Below are positions 53,771 through 63,090 of a stretch of DNA of 64,000 nt, one piece after another. Source of the stretch: Nitrososphaerota archaeon (GTDB lineage Archaea > Thermoproteota > Nitrososphaeria > Nitrososphaerales > UBA57); assembly GCA_024860875.1 (NCBI GenBank), contig JACPSZ010000013.1, positions 7,166 through 71,165 of the forward strand. The letters run 5' to 3'. Position 1 is the stretch's first letter. Every line of letters starts with the position of its first letter. Both the position numbers and the translations under genes were made by a program. The notes below the pieces were generated by a model. It was not told the origin of the DNA. It was given only the letters and a program-made list of their open reading frames with translations, and ran no database searches.

Positions 53771-54658
53771 TTAATCTTTGGACGCTTTAGCTGAGACAAC
53801 TACTCTTTGTATACCATTACATCTTTCCCTAACAGAATCCTGAATACTAGTCTTTATCTTATCAAGCTGACCGACCGTAATTGATGCTTCTACCTCTATG
53901 TGTATCTCACTGTGCACGTATGGACCAGCAGCCCTGAGCATGACATCCTTAACCTTCACTCCCTGCTCGGCCTCAACTATTTTAGTGATCTCCTCGACGA
54001 GTTCAGGATTGTGGTAGGCATCTATCAACACAAGGGACGTTCCTTTAATAGCCACATAGGAAACGAAGAAAATGAAAAACGCTACAGCCATTCCACCCAC
54101 AGAATCCATTTGGTGAAAGCCCAGCGATGATAATAGAACCGTGAAGAAGACCAAAAAAGAGGCCGAGCCATCTTTGATGGCATTATTTGCATCGAGCCTA
54201 AGAGAAGATAGGTTGTATCTCCTTGCTATCCTCCTCATCTGAAATGCTCTGTATAGAGAAATTGTACCTGCTATTAGCAAGACTGCCAAGGCTAGAGCAG
54301 GTAGCGTGAGTGGTTTAGGTTCAAGAAAAGCCAGATATGACCTGTAGAGGATAAATACTCCAACTCCAATTAATCCTATGGCTCCCACGAATGCAACTAG
54401 GCTCTCGATCTTGTAGTAGCCAAAGTGAAACCTTTCGTCAGGCGCCTTACGGGATATTCTCAGGCCAAGCCATACTAAGAAGGAGATAAAGGCGTCTGAA
54501 ATGGAGTCTATCCCGTCAGCCGTAACGCCAACACTACCTGTGAACTCACCTATTATAATCTCTACAATGCCCAATCCGAGCAAGGTCCAGGATGACAGTT
54601 TGGCTAGTTTCTCTCCCTCTTGGTACCCCCTTGACGCTTCAGGTATAATTTTTGACAT
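53771..54658 (-). CDS. cation diffusion facilitator (CDF) metal efflux transporter
   Basis: GSVGVTADGIDSISDAF...PDERFHFGYYKIESL plus a C-terminal cytoplasmic domain. Confidence 0.85.
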   Translation of the reverse strand: MSKIIPEASRGYQEGEKLAKLSSWTLLGLGIVEIIIGEFTGSVGVTADGIDSISDAFISFLVWLGLRISRKAPDERFHFGYYKIESLVAFVGAIGLIGVGVFILYRSYLAFLEPKPLTLPALALAVLLIAGTISLYRAFQMRRIARRYNLSSLRLDANNAIKDGSASFLVFFTVLLSSLGFHQMDSVGGMAVAFFIFFVSYVAIKGTSLVLIDAYHNPELVEEITKIVEAEQGVKVKDVMLRAAGPYVHSEIHIEVEASITVGQLDKIKTSIQDSVRERCNGIQRVVVSAKASKD

Positions 54659-54790
54659 GTCTTTTGAGTTAACGGAATCGAATATCCCTACCGGTATATA
54701 CCATTTATGTTATCAGACGTAATGTCCACAGACTCAACAGAATCTCTTTGATAAAGGCTAAAATCCCCGAGTTCTAGGACGCGGTAGCAC

Positions 54791-55861
54791 TTGAAAATAA
54801 GCCCGATTTACTACCTTCTTGTTTTCACTCCTCTGGCAGTAGCTTTAGAGTTTCTGCATGCTGATCATGTATTGATATTCGTCGTATCTGGAATTGCCAT
54901 CTTGCCCCTTGCTAAATTGATTGGAGATGCTACTGAGCATTTAGCAGTCCATTATGGTGCTGTTGCAGGGTCGCTGCTCAATGTGACCTTCGGGAACGCT
55001 GCCGAAGTGATCATAGCTCTTACCGCTCTTAATGCTGGACTGTTCAATTTGATCAAGGCTTCCATTACTGGCTCCATAATCGGAAACGTTCTGTTGATCT
55101 TCGGTTTAAGCATAATCGCTGGAGGGTTAAGAAAGAAGGAACAGGTATTCAACAGTGCAAATGCTGGAGTGCAGACTTCGATGCTGTTTCTTGCGGTAAT
55201 CGGGTTAGCAGTTCCTACCATACTTGCTGAGACAGAACTCAAAGGCGATGGCCCTGTGAACCAGAATTTGGTTCAATTGATGAGCGACTCTCTCGCATTC
55301 ATCCTTTTGGCTGTGTATATTGGATCTATAATATTCACTTTCATAACGCACAAGCACCTTTTTGTTGTTCCGGAAGAAGAGGAGCATAAGCACCATGCTT
55401 TATGGAGCAAAAAGAGAGCTTTCCTTCTATTAGCAGGTTCTATGGCTTTTGTAGCACTTGTTAGCGAGATTCTGGTCGGTTCTGTAGAAGCAACGTCAGA
55501 AGAGTTCGGCTTTGGCGAATTGTTTGTAGGTGCTGTTATTGTTGGCCTTGTTGGTAATGCTGCGGAGCATAGCTCTGCAATAACGTTTGCAAGGAAGGAA
55601 AAATTGGATACTGCCATAGGCATAGCCGCAGGCTCGGCAACCCAGATCGCTCTATTCGTTGTTCCTCTGCTTGTGTTTGCAGGGATAATTCTGGGGAAGC
55701 CTCTGACTCTGGTGTTTACGCTGTATGAACTGGCTGCCGTATTCCTTTCTGCAATAATAATGAATTTGATTGCTCATGATGGAAAGAGCAACTGGTTTGA
55801 AGGAGTCATGCTGACTGCTGTGTATGTTATAATTGGGATAGGGTTCTATTTTATTGGGTAA
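54791..55861 (+). CDS. Ca2+/H+ antiporter (CaCA/CAX family)
   Basis: Two alpha-repeats: GNAAEVIIALTAL and GNAAEHSSAITFA. Confidence 0.85.
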   Translation: MKISPIYYLLVFTPLAVALEFLHADHVLIFVVSGIAILPLAKLIGDATEHLAVHYGAVAGSLLNVTFGNAAEVIIALTALNAGLFNLIKASITGSIIGNVLLIFGLSIIAGGLRKKEQVFNSANAGVQTSMLFLAVIGLAVPTILAETELKGDGPVNQNLVQLMSDSLAFILLAVYIGSIIFTFITHKHLFVVPEEEEHKHHALWSKKRAFLLLAGSMAFVALVSEILVGSVEATSEEFGFGELFVGAVIVGLVGNAAEHSSAITFARKEKLDTAIGIAAGSATQIALFVVPLLVFAGIILGKPLTLVFTLYELAAVFLSAIIMNLIAHDGKSNWFEGVMLTAVYVIIGIGFYFIG

Positions 55862-55942
55862 TTGCTCTCGTCTCGACTGGTTTCTGCATGATCTAGATTA
55901 AAATCTTCTGGTTGCAATCATAAAATATTCAAGAAACAAAAG

Positions 55943-56251
55943 CTAAACATCAGGCATGCTTAGAAAAACCTGTGCGAGGACCTTTCTTCCTCGATCAGTT
56001 TTGCCTCCTTCAATCAGGAAGACCTTCTTCGGGGTTGAAACAAATTGGCCAGCATTGAGTCTAATGGATTTGGATGCCAATCCTTTGTAAGTTACCTTGC
56101 ATTCGTTACGCTCAATTACCTCATTTTTTACTGCTGCTTTACATAAGCTGTAGATGGTTCCTACAGGCAAACCAAGTTTTTGATCTATGTGTGAGAGGTA
56201 ATCCTCGCTCGACATCCGAGCCCCACCCTCGCTCTTCTTGTACCTTCCCAT
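55943..56251 (-). CDS. hypothetical protein (possible HTH)
   Basis: ORF only. No family recognised. Confidence 0.3.
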   Translation of the reverse strand: MGRYKKSEGGARMSSEDYLSHIDQKLGLPVGTIYSLCKAAVKNEVIERNECKVTYKGLASKSIRLNAGQFVSTPKKVFLIEGGKTDRGRKVLAQVFLSMPDV

Positions 56252-56661
56252 TCTATTCAGCTAGAGTCGATTTACGGACTCGTACTTAAAGCCATAACAT
56301 TACAGAACTACATTAATGTAATTGCCCTAAAAAGGTCAACGCCGATGTTACAACAAGCTTTAACAATATTTTCGGTGAAATATGGAATGTCTCGTTCTAA
56401 GGCTACAGACTACCTTCTGTACCTTCTACGAGAGCCAGCAACTTGCTCACAGACAGGACATTGAAAATTTCCGGGAGAAACCTCTATCATTCTGACTTTA
56501 TGATTGTTACACATAGGCCGTGTGTTTATTGACAGTTCTTTTGGTAACACGCATAGGTTAAGAAATACGCATGTATTATGTGTTTGCTATTTCAAGTCTG
56601 CATAGTAGCCCTTTTATAGCGTATGGTTCCTTGAAAAGGTCAGTGTTATCCAGCACTAGGA

Positions 56662-56946
56662 GATGAAAGAACGAGTTACGGACAAGGAGGAGGCGGTTAC
56701 GGGCGCCCACGCTTCGGTGGAGGAGGCTTTAGGTCGAATGCACCCAAGCCAGTTGAAGTTGGCAAGGAGTACGATGTCACCATTACCGAAACGAGCAGAA
56801 GGGGCGACGGAGTGGCCAAGATCGACGGCTTCGTCATTTTTGTTGCCGGAGGAAAGCGGGACGAGAAGACGAGGATCAAGATTACTCAGGTAGGCCCCAG
56901 ATTCGCCAACGCTACTAAAGTAGAAAGTAAGGAAACTACGAGTTAA
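56662..56946 (+). CDS. TRAM-domain protein (Gly-rich N-terminus), no canonical in-frame start
   Basis: Own translation ..ERTSYGQGGGGYGRPRFGGGGFRSNAPKPVEVGKEYDVTITETSRRGDGVAKIDGFVIFVAGGKRDEKTRIKITQV..*. The only nearby ATG (56663) is one nucleotide out of frame. The track ORF 56663-56893 is the wrong frame. Confidence 0.6.
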   Translation, partial: DERTSYGQGGGGYGRPRFGGGGFRSNAPKPVEVGKEYDVTITETSRRGDGVAKIDGFVIFVAGGKRDEKTRIKITQVGPRFANATKVESKETTS

Positions 56947-57285
56947 AACTCGTTCTCATAAGGACGGAAGATAATTCCGTCTATCTTTTTGTTTTTACTA
57001 TGCTAATATGAAAAGAATACTACTGGCGGAGGTCTAGAGGATATTTTCTAATAACAGGGTTTGACATTTTGTCCCGTCCAATAAAATTGGGGAAGCCCTA
57101 ACCTCTTTCTGTAGTCTTAGCCGGGCTACTTCTTCTTCGCTGGCTTCTTCTTAGCCTTTGCCAAAAATTTCTCCGTTGTTATTCCACGACATCATATAGA
57201 TAAAGCTGCTTATGCATCCGATGAATATTCTGATCATAAGGATAGTTAGAATATGGTTTCAACGTTCTATGCATAAATCTAATTG

Positions 57286-57373
57286 TCATGATGGAAAGAG
57301 CAACTGGTTTGAAGGAGTCATCCTGACTGCCGTGTATGTTATTATTGGGATAAGGTTCTATTTTATTGAGTAA
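57286..57373 (+). repeat. duplicated 3'-terminal 88 bp of the CAX gene (5 mismatches versus 55774-55861)
   Basis: Aligned by eye. It would encode HDGKSNWFEGVILTAVYVIIGIRFYFIE*. Confidence 0.8.
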
Positions 57374-57470
57374 AAATAAAACTTAGTTGTGAATGTTTGG
57401 AGCAGTTTAGACTCGTTATATATTCTAGATCTGACGAAATTTCTTGCTATTCAAACTATAAATAGAAATA

Positions 57471-58157
57471 TTGTATGTGCAGACATCCTGCATGTCGGCT
57501 GGTGTAAAAGAGGAAGCCGAAAAGATATACGAGTTATTGCGGAACTATATCCCCAGTGAATGGGATGGGAAAAAGGCAATTCTTGAGTTGAAGGAGGCAG
57601 ATTATTATTGGCGACACCCAGAATGGATCGGATGGGATTTTGAATCCAAGTCGCACAAGATTCTAGTAGAAAATATTGGCGGTTCTTTCGGACCTAAATA
57701 CGGTAGAACGCAGTTCGACTATAAACGCAATTATGTTTGGGACTTTAAAACACACGTAGATAAATTCAGGTGCTTGGGCAATAATCAATGACATGGAAGC
57801 TACGGATAGGTGTATTCAAGAGTATGGTGGAGTTGGTCTAATACTTGCCATTGGTAGTGCAGAGTACATGATGAAAAAAGGACTTTCCAGAACTGGCACG
57901 AACAATTAAAAGGAGGAAAGAGTAAATATGAGTATGAGAGGATAAAGAGAGGAGCTACTTCTCGCGTAAGGAAGATAACCTTTGTGTTAAGAAAGATTGA
58001 GGTGTTATGGCTGACTTCAGATCTAATTCTGGCTGGTATCAGAGGTAATTGGATAGGAAAGTTCCAAGAAGGTACGCGCAATGCGGATGGATCTCCAAGG
58101 CGTCCGAAATACGAAATTAATGTCGAAGCCATCCCGGACAATGTCAGAATTCTATGA
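57471..58157 (+). pseudogene. putative restriction endonuclease partner of the methyltransferase, split over three frames
   Basis: ORF 57471-57791 continues in a second frame (IINDMEATDRCIQEYGGVGLILAIGSAEY..) and a third (..DEKRTFQNWHEQLKGGKSKYEYERIKRG...NVEAIPDNVRIL*). It is convergent with the methyltransferase and overlaps it by 6 nt. The function is inferred from position only. Confidence 0.3.
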
Positions 58158-59108
58158 TTGAAACTGATCGAGCTTTACAATGGACAATTCCTTTTCATTT
58201 AGGACTCCGTACCGTCGTCTTGCTCTAGCTACTAGTTCGTCGTGTCTTTCACTGTACGGTACATAGAGCTGGCCTGGCTTTATCGATTTTACATTGGAAT
58301 CCATGACGTTCTTCATTTTTTTGTTTACTTCACTGCCTAAATAGTGACGCCAAGTACCTTTTGCTGCAACTGCTGTGGTTCCGTTCCCCATGAACGGATC
58401 GAAAATCAGATCTCCGGGACGGCTAGAAAATTCGATACATTTTGCTACTAATTCTTCGGGAAGTTTAGTGCTATTCTTCACTTCACCTATCCTGTAGGTG
58501 CGTTTTATCTCCCATACATCCAATGGGTAATGAACGATTTTATTGAAATAGTACTTTGGCCCTTTGGCCAAAAAGAGGATATGATAATGACTTGTAACGA
58601 ATTTTCTGTTTGTAAATACACCAAATTGATACTTCCAAATAATATGGTTAATTAGACTCAACCCGCTTTCTTTGATCGCACGTAGAATATCATCAAGTCG
58701 TGTCCAACCGCTAAATATCCAAGCAGACCCACCTTCCTTCATAATCCTGGGGAGTTCTTTTATCCATTTTTCCGAGAACTCTGTGTAATCGCCTTCTACT
58801 TCGCGGTACCCTCGTCTAACGAATCTCTCATCTCTATTATATATCGATTCTTTTCCTGTGAAGCCTAAACCAAAAGGTGGATCGGCTATAACCACATCTA
58901 CTGATTCGTCAGGGAGCTTTCTCATAAAATCTACACAATCTCCGTATAGCACACGGTCTACAGGAAAATCAAATTTTGCTTTCTCGAATTCTTCTCTTGC
59001 TTGATCAAGACTCCAATCTTCTGTAGGTTTAAAATAAGCAGCAGCCAAGTTGGGTATGTAGTGGTTCTTCCGAACCTTCTTTTGTTTCTGTTCTGGTTTA
59101 ACGGTCAC
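58152..59108 (-). CDS. beta-class DNA methyltransferase (N6-adenine or N4-cytosine)
   Basis: Motif IV VIADPPFG precedes motif I FDPFMGNGTT (beta-class order). Confidence 0.8.
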   Translation of the reverse strand: MTVKPEQKQKKVRKNHYIPNLAAAYFKPTEDWSLDQAREEFEKAKFDFPVDRVLYGDCVDFMRKLPDESVDVVIADPPFGLGFTGKESIYNRDERFVRRGYREVEGDYTEFSEKWIKELPRIMKEGGSAWIFSGWTRLDDILRAIKESGLSLINHIIWKYQFGVFTNRKFVTSHYHILFLAKGPKYYFNKIVHYPLDVWEIKRTYRIGEVKNSTKLPEELVAKCIEFSSRPGDLIFDPFMGNGTTAVAAKGTWRHYLGSEVNKKMKNVMDSNVKSIKPGQLYVPYSERHDELVARARRRYGVLNEKELSIVKLDQFQS

Positions 59109-59288
59109 TATGTCTTTACCTCGAAGAATCTAATGTTTTTTTCCATAGTCTTTAACATAATATTTTCTGTCATATCGCTATTTAAAATTTGGGCGACTTG
59201 TGTTATTGATTGGGGTAATTGTTCTTGTTTTAATCTATAGATAGTAAAAATTCGCCTTTTTAAATATCCTCCAACCGAGCCTCAAATC

Positions 59289-60023
59289 ATGCCTGCAATA
59301 CTGAAAACTCCTCTCCTGCTCATAAATTTCAAGACCTATTTGGAAGGAACAGGTCAGAAAGCCTTCAGATTATCAAAGATAGCAGAAAAGGTGAGCCTCG
59401 ATACAGGAGTTCAAATTATCATAACCCCGCAATACTCCGACATAGCAAAGATAGCCTCAAAGATCAAAATTCCCATATTTGCACAGCATTTAGACCCAGA
59501 GGAAGCAGGAGCACACACAGGCTATATTCTACCAGAAGCAATTTCAGCCGCAGGAGCTATTGGCACGATGCTGAACCATTCTGAAAAACCATTAACAAAA
59601 GAAAAGATAGGATCAGCAGTCAAAAGGTGCAAAGAATTGGGACTCTTAACCTGCATATTATCCAACAGTCCCGAAGAAGGAGCAGAACTTTCCAAATTAA
59701 AGCCAGACATGATAGTTGTAGAAGTTCCCGAATTAATAGGAACGGGGAGAGCTATATCCACAGTAAGCCCTCAAACGATAAAGAATGCAATAGCCATGAT
59801 AAGAAAGAATAATAAAAAAGTCATATTGATAGCAGGTTCCGGAGTAACTACGAGCAAGGACGTGAAAAGAGCCATTGAATTAGGAATGCAAGGCGTAGGA
59901 TCGAGCAAGGCAGTAATGACATCTGAAAAACCCAGAGAAGTTCTGTATGAGATGGCCAACGGACTCCTCTCTGCAAATAGTAAAGTACTCAAGCACTCCA
60001 CTCCTCGGAACAACATTTCATAG
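59289..60023 (+). CDS. tpiA: triosephosphate isomerase, archaeal type
   Basis: LLLINFKTY...AGAHTG...MLNHSE...VEVPELIGTG...AGSGV. Confidence 0.85.
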   Translation: MPAILKTPLLLINFKTYLEGTGQKAFRLSKIAEKVSLDTGVQIIITPQYSDIAKIASKIKIPIFAQHLDPEEAGAHTGYILPEAISAAGAIGTMLNHSEKPLTKEKIGSAVKRCKELGLLTCILSNSPEEGAELSKLKPDMIVVEVPELIGTGRAISTVSPQTIKNAIAMIRKNNKKVILIAGSGVTTSKDVKRAIELGMQGVGSSKAVMTSEKPREVLYEMANGLLSANSKVLKHSTPRNNIS

Positions 60024-60298
60024 ACTGCAAGCCATACGTGTTAGTTGGAGACCAATATCTCAAAACTTTGAGTTCAAATACTATTAGCAGACAAATGGCA
60101 GATTACTTCCTCTTTTGAGTTTATATACAGAACAAGGGATTTTTACACACAGAGGGTACGTTTTGTTAGTAAATTTCACTCAATTACTCAAGTACTAGAG
60201 TACTCTACTCCTTTACTATTGTTGCTTTATATGGCAACGCCCTTTGTCAATTTGCACACAGGTGCGGGCACAGTCCCCCCATACGGGGAGTATTGGCC

Positions 60299-60568
60299 CT
60301 ATGCAGTTGCCGGCTCAGGAGTGGAGATGGTAACCTGTCCGTCCTTGTCTTTGACCATCTTTACCGTTATCCTGCGAGGAGGGTTTTGAATCCCTTTGCT
60401 CCACATCAGCTCGTTGAGCTCCTCCGAAATCTTGATCTTCTTGGGTTTCATGTGACGCGTGGCATACTCTTTGATGAGGTTTATCGCCCTTTCAGTCCTC
60501 CTATAGCGTGGGGTCACCCATGCCCTCCACAACGGAACCGTGTAGACTCTCTCTACTTCTTCGGACAC
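60299..60568 (-). CDS. rpl31e: 50S ribosomal protein L31e
   Basis: ERVYTVPLWRAWVTPRYRRTERAINLIKEY. GTG start. Confidence 0.9.
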   Translation of the reverse strand: MSEEVERVYTVPLWRAWVTPRYRRTERAINLIKEYATRHMKPKKIKISEELNELMWSKGIQNPPRRITVKMVKDKDGQVTISTPEPATA

Positions 60569-60724
60569 TTACTTCACCTTGAGCTTTGTTCTCCTCCAAG
60601 CCCTGCGCTTTGGATGAGTCCTTACCTGCCTATTGGTTCTTACAATGACCCACGTTGGGACGGACGAGTTCTGCTTCCTCTGCTTTTCCAGCCTTATCTT
60701 TACTCCAGATGTCTTCTTGCTCAA
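60569..60724 (-). CDS. rpl39e: 50S ribosomal protein L39e
   Basis: Own translation from TTG 60724-60722: [51 protein letters not shown]. Too short for the ORF track. Confidence 0.85.
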   Translation of the reverse strand: MSKKTSGVKIRLEKQRKQNSSVPTWVIVRTNRQVRTHPKRRAWRRTKLKVK

Positions 60725-61006
60725 TCATGCCCACCGTATCTTGAATTCCTTTTTCGGTTGCTGGACGCTTGCAAGGAACTGTTTAACCTCCTCGTCAGTT
60801 ATCGCCCTCTTGATCTTTCCCTCCGATGCTAGTCTGATGATATTATCCTCTATTATTGCAGCAGTTTCTGGCTTGACCATTTTGATGTTGGTAAGCCTCT
60901 GCCTTGCATCAGATGTTAAAATAACTCTTAAGACTCTCTCCCTAGCTAACTGCTTTTCCTTTTCCGCATCCGCAGAAGCGGCTCTTTGTGCAGGCCCTTC
61001 GGACAA
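60725..61006 (-). CDS. PDCD5/TFAR19-like DNA-binding protein
   Basis: RVLRVILTSDARQRLTNIKMVKPETAAIIEDNIIRLASEGKI. Confidence 0.8.
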   Translation of the reverse strand: MSEGPAQRAASADAEKEKQLARERVLRVILTSDARQRLTNIKMVKPETAAIIEDNIIRLASEGKIKRAITDEEVKQFLASVQQPKKEFKIRWA

Positions 61007-61016
61007 AATAAATCAC

Positions 61017-61472
61017 CTACAAATATCTGGCAAGTTCTGGTGCTTCCTTTGCCAGACCTTTAAAGATTTCACGGCTTATTCTATCGACAAGTTTCACGCC
61101 TTCGCTGGTCAGTATTCTTCCGCTGTTGGCCTTCTTTGTCACTAAACCTGCAGCCTCCAGCTGCTGAATCGGCTTCCTTATCGCAGCTCCTCCCGCATCC
61201 CTATGGTGAGCTTTAGAGTAGCCTACGCGTGTCCTTCCTCCGTATGCAGCTTCCAGCTCAGTGAGACCTATAGGAGCGTGAAGGTAAATCTTGCGTAGCA
61301 ACGATGCACATCTTTTGTACCACCAGTCCCTGTCCTGCGGAGGGTGTTCTGCATGCGAACCCGTCTTTGCAAAAGGAGCCCATGCTGGCGGAGATATCTG
61401 CTGAACCTTGCGTAGGTGCTCCGCTAGGCGTTTAATCAAAATATCTTGCGGTACGTCTTGTGCTGTTGGCAT
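61017..61472 (-). CDS. rps19e: 30S ribosomal protein S19e
   Basis: AQDVPQDILIKRLAEHLRK...WYKRCASLLRKIYL...GRILTSEG. The ATG at 61472 is preferred over the track start at 61535. Confidence 0.85.
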   Translation of the reverse strand: MPTAQDVPQDILIKRLAEHLRKVQQISPPAWAPFAKTGSHAEHPPQDRDWWYKRCASLLRKIYLHAPIGLTELEAAYGGRTRVGYSKAHHRDAGGAAIRKPIQQLEAAGLVTKKANSGRILTSEGVKLVDRISREIFKGLAKEAPELARYL

Positions 61473-61657
61473 TGCTGATACGTAGAGCCATATGGTTTTC
61501 TGAGCTCTATTTAGGTTTTGGTACGAATGCAACAAAATTGTTCTGAGGAGTAGAGTACGAGTGATTTGCTAAATAGGTATCAGGTGGAAGCCTAATTATT
61601 GCACAACAGCTAATTTCCGAAAATCCTTATTAGAGTTCCATCATTTGAGTAAGAAAT

Positions 61658-61969
61658 ATGTCTTCGCAGGGCATGGCTGCAGAGAAGAGGCTTACACTGG
61701 CCGACAGATTAAGTACTATACAATTTGATGTTGATACACAACCATTCATTACTGTTGATACCAATACCTGCAAGACATGTGAGAAGAAGCCCTGTTTGTA
61801 CGTATGCCCCGCAACTGTTTATACTCTTGAAAATTCCGAATTAGTGTACAACCCTGAAGGCTGCATGGAGATGGGCGTCTGTCAGATCGTCTGCCATAGT
61901 ATAGGCAAGTCTGCGATAAAGTGGAACTATCCCAGAGGAGGAAAAGGAGTTTCTTTCAAGTACGGGTAA
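61658..61969 (+). CDS. FixX-like ferredoxin-type protein
   Basis: LADRLSTIQFDVD...CKTCEKKPCLYVCPATVY...EGCMEMGVCQIVC...WNYPRGGKGVSFKYG. Confidence 0.7.
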   Translation: MSSQGMAAEKRLTLADRLSTIQFDVDTQPFITVDTNTCKTCEKKPCLYVCPATVYTLENSELVYNPEGCMEMGVCQIVCHSIGKSAIKWNYPRGGKGVSFKYG

Positions 61970-62050
61970 TAGGAACTCCTTCTAATGAAAGTAGCATAAC
62001 CCGCTGCTCTAAACCATAATTAAAATTTAATACATACTCTGTAAAGTCAG

Positions 62051-63058
62051 TTGGCTATGTCTACAGAGGAACTTGAACTTGATTCTTTGGAGGGCGTCGG
62101 CCCTGCTAGGAAACAGAAGCTTATGGACGCTGGAATACATACAATTCTTGACCTTGCGATTAGAGGACCTACAGAGGTGGCCGACACCGTAGGGCTGGAC
62201 ATGTCCGCCGCAATAGAATTATGCAATAAGGCTAGAAACAAACTTGTCGAACTCGGGAGGTTAGAGAAGGACTTTGTTTCGGCAAGCGAGATTTACAAGA
62301 GGAGGCTGAACATAGACAAGATAACGACAGGCACGAAGAACCTTGACGATTTATTGAACGGAGGAATAGAAAGCCAAGCAGTTACAGAATTTTACGGCGA
62401 ATACGGTTCAGGAAAGACGCAATTATGCCATACGCTTTGTGTTATGGTGCAGCTTCCGAAAGAACTTGGAGGCTTGGATGCTGGCGCCCTGTACATAGAC
62501 ACTGAAGGCACTTTCAGGCCCGAAAGGATTGCAGGCATAGCAAAGGCAAGAGATCTGGACTCAGACCAGACACTGGAGAAGATTACGGTTGCAAAAGCGT
62601 ACAACAGCGCCCATCAGCAACTGATAGTTCAGGAGCTCGGGAAGGTCTTAGACCAGAATAACATAAGGCTTGTAATAGTAGACTCTGCAGTAGCCCATTT
62701 CAGGGCCGAGTTTTTGGGAAGAGGCACATTGGCAGACAGGCAACAGAGGCTAAACAGGTTCATGCATCTCCTCGTAAGATATGCTGAGACGAGAAACATA
62801 GCAGTAGTAGTTACCAATCAAGTTCAGTCAACACCAGACCAGTTCTTTGGCGATCCCACAAAGGCTACTGGAGGACACGTGGTTGCACATACAAGCACAT
62901 ATAGAATTTACTTCAGAAGGGCTGGCAAGAACAGGATTGCGAAGATGGTAGACTCTCCATACCACATGGAGAGGGAGATTCCATTCATACTCAACGAGAA
63001 GGGCGTTGATGACCCTGCAGAGGAAACTACGCCAAAGAGAAGCAGGCAGAGCGCATAA
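62051..63058 (+). CDS. radA: DNA repair and recombination protein RadA
   Basis: HhH N-terminal domain (LEGVGPARKQKLMDAGI), Walker A GEYGSGKTQ, Walker B LVIVDS. Confidence 0.95.
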   Translation: MAMSTEELELDSLEGVGPARKQKLMDAGIHTILDLAIRGPTEVADTVGLDMSAAIELCNKARNKLVELGRLEKDFVSASEIYKRRLNIDKITTGTKNLDDLLNGGIESQAVTEFYGEYGSGKTQLCHTLCVMVQLPKELGGLDAGALYIDTEGTFRPERIAGIAKARDLDSDQTLEKITVAKAYNSAHQQLIVQELGKVLDQNNIRLVIVDSAVAHFRAEFLGRGTLADRQQRLNRFMHLLVRYAETRNIAVVVTNQVQSTPDQFFGDPTKATGGHVVAHTSTYRIYFRRAGKNRIAKMVDSPYHMEREIPFILNEKGVDDPAEETTPKRSRQSA

Positions 63059-63090
63059 ATTTATAGCAGAGCTAGGTTCGGCGTTCAAGA

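Noticed and set aside
56663-56893. Track ORF MKERVTDKEEAVTGAHASVEE... as the gene at this locus
   Set aside because: The adjacent frame encodes an unmistakable TRAM domain over the same nucleotides. The track ORF has no recognisable features.
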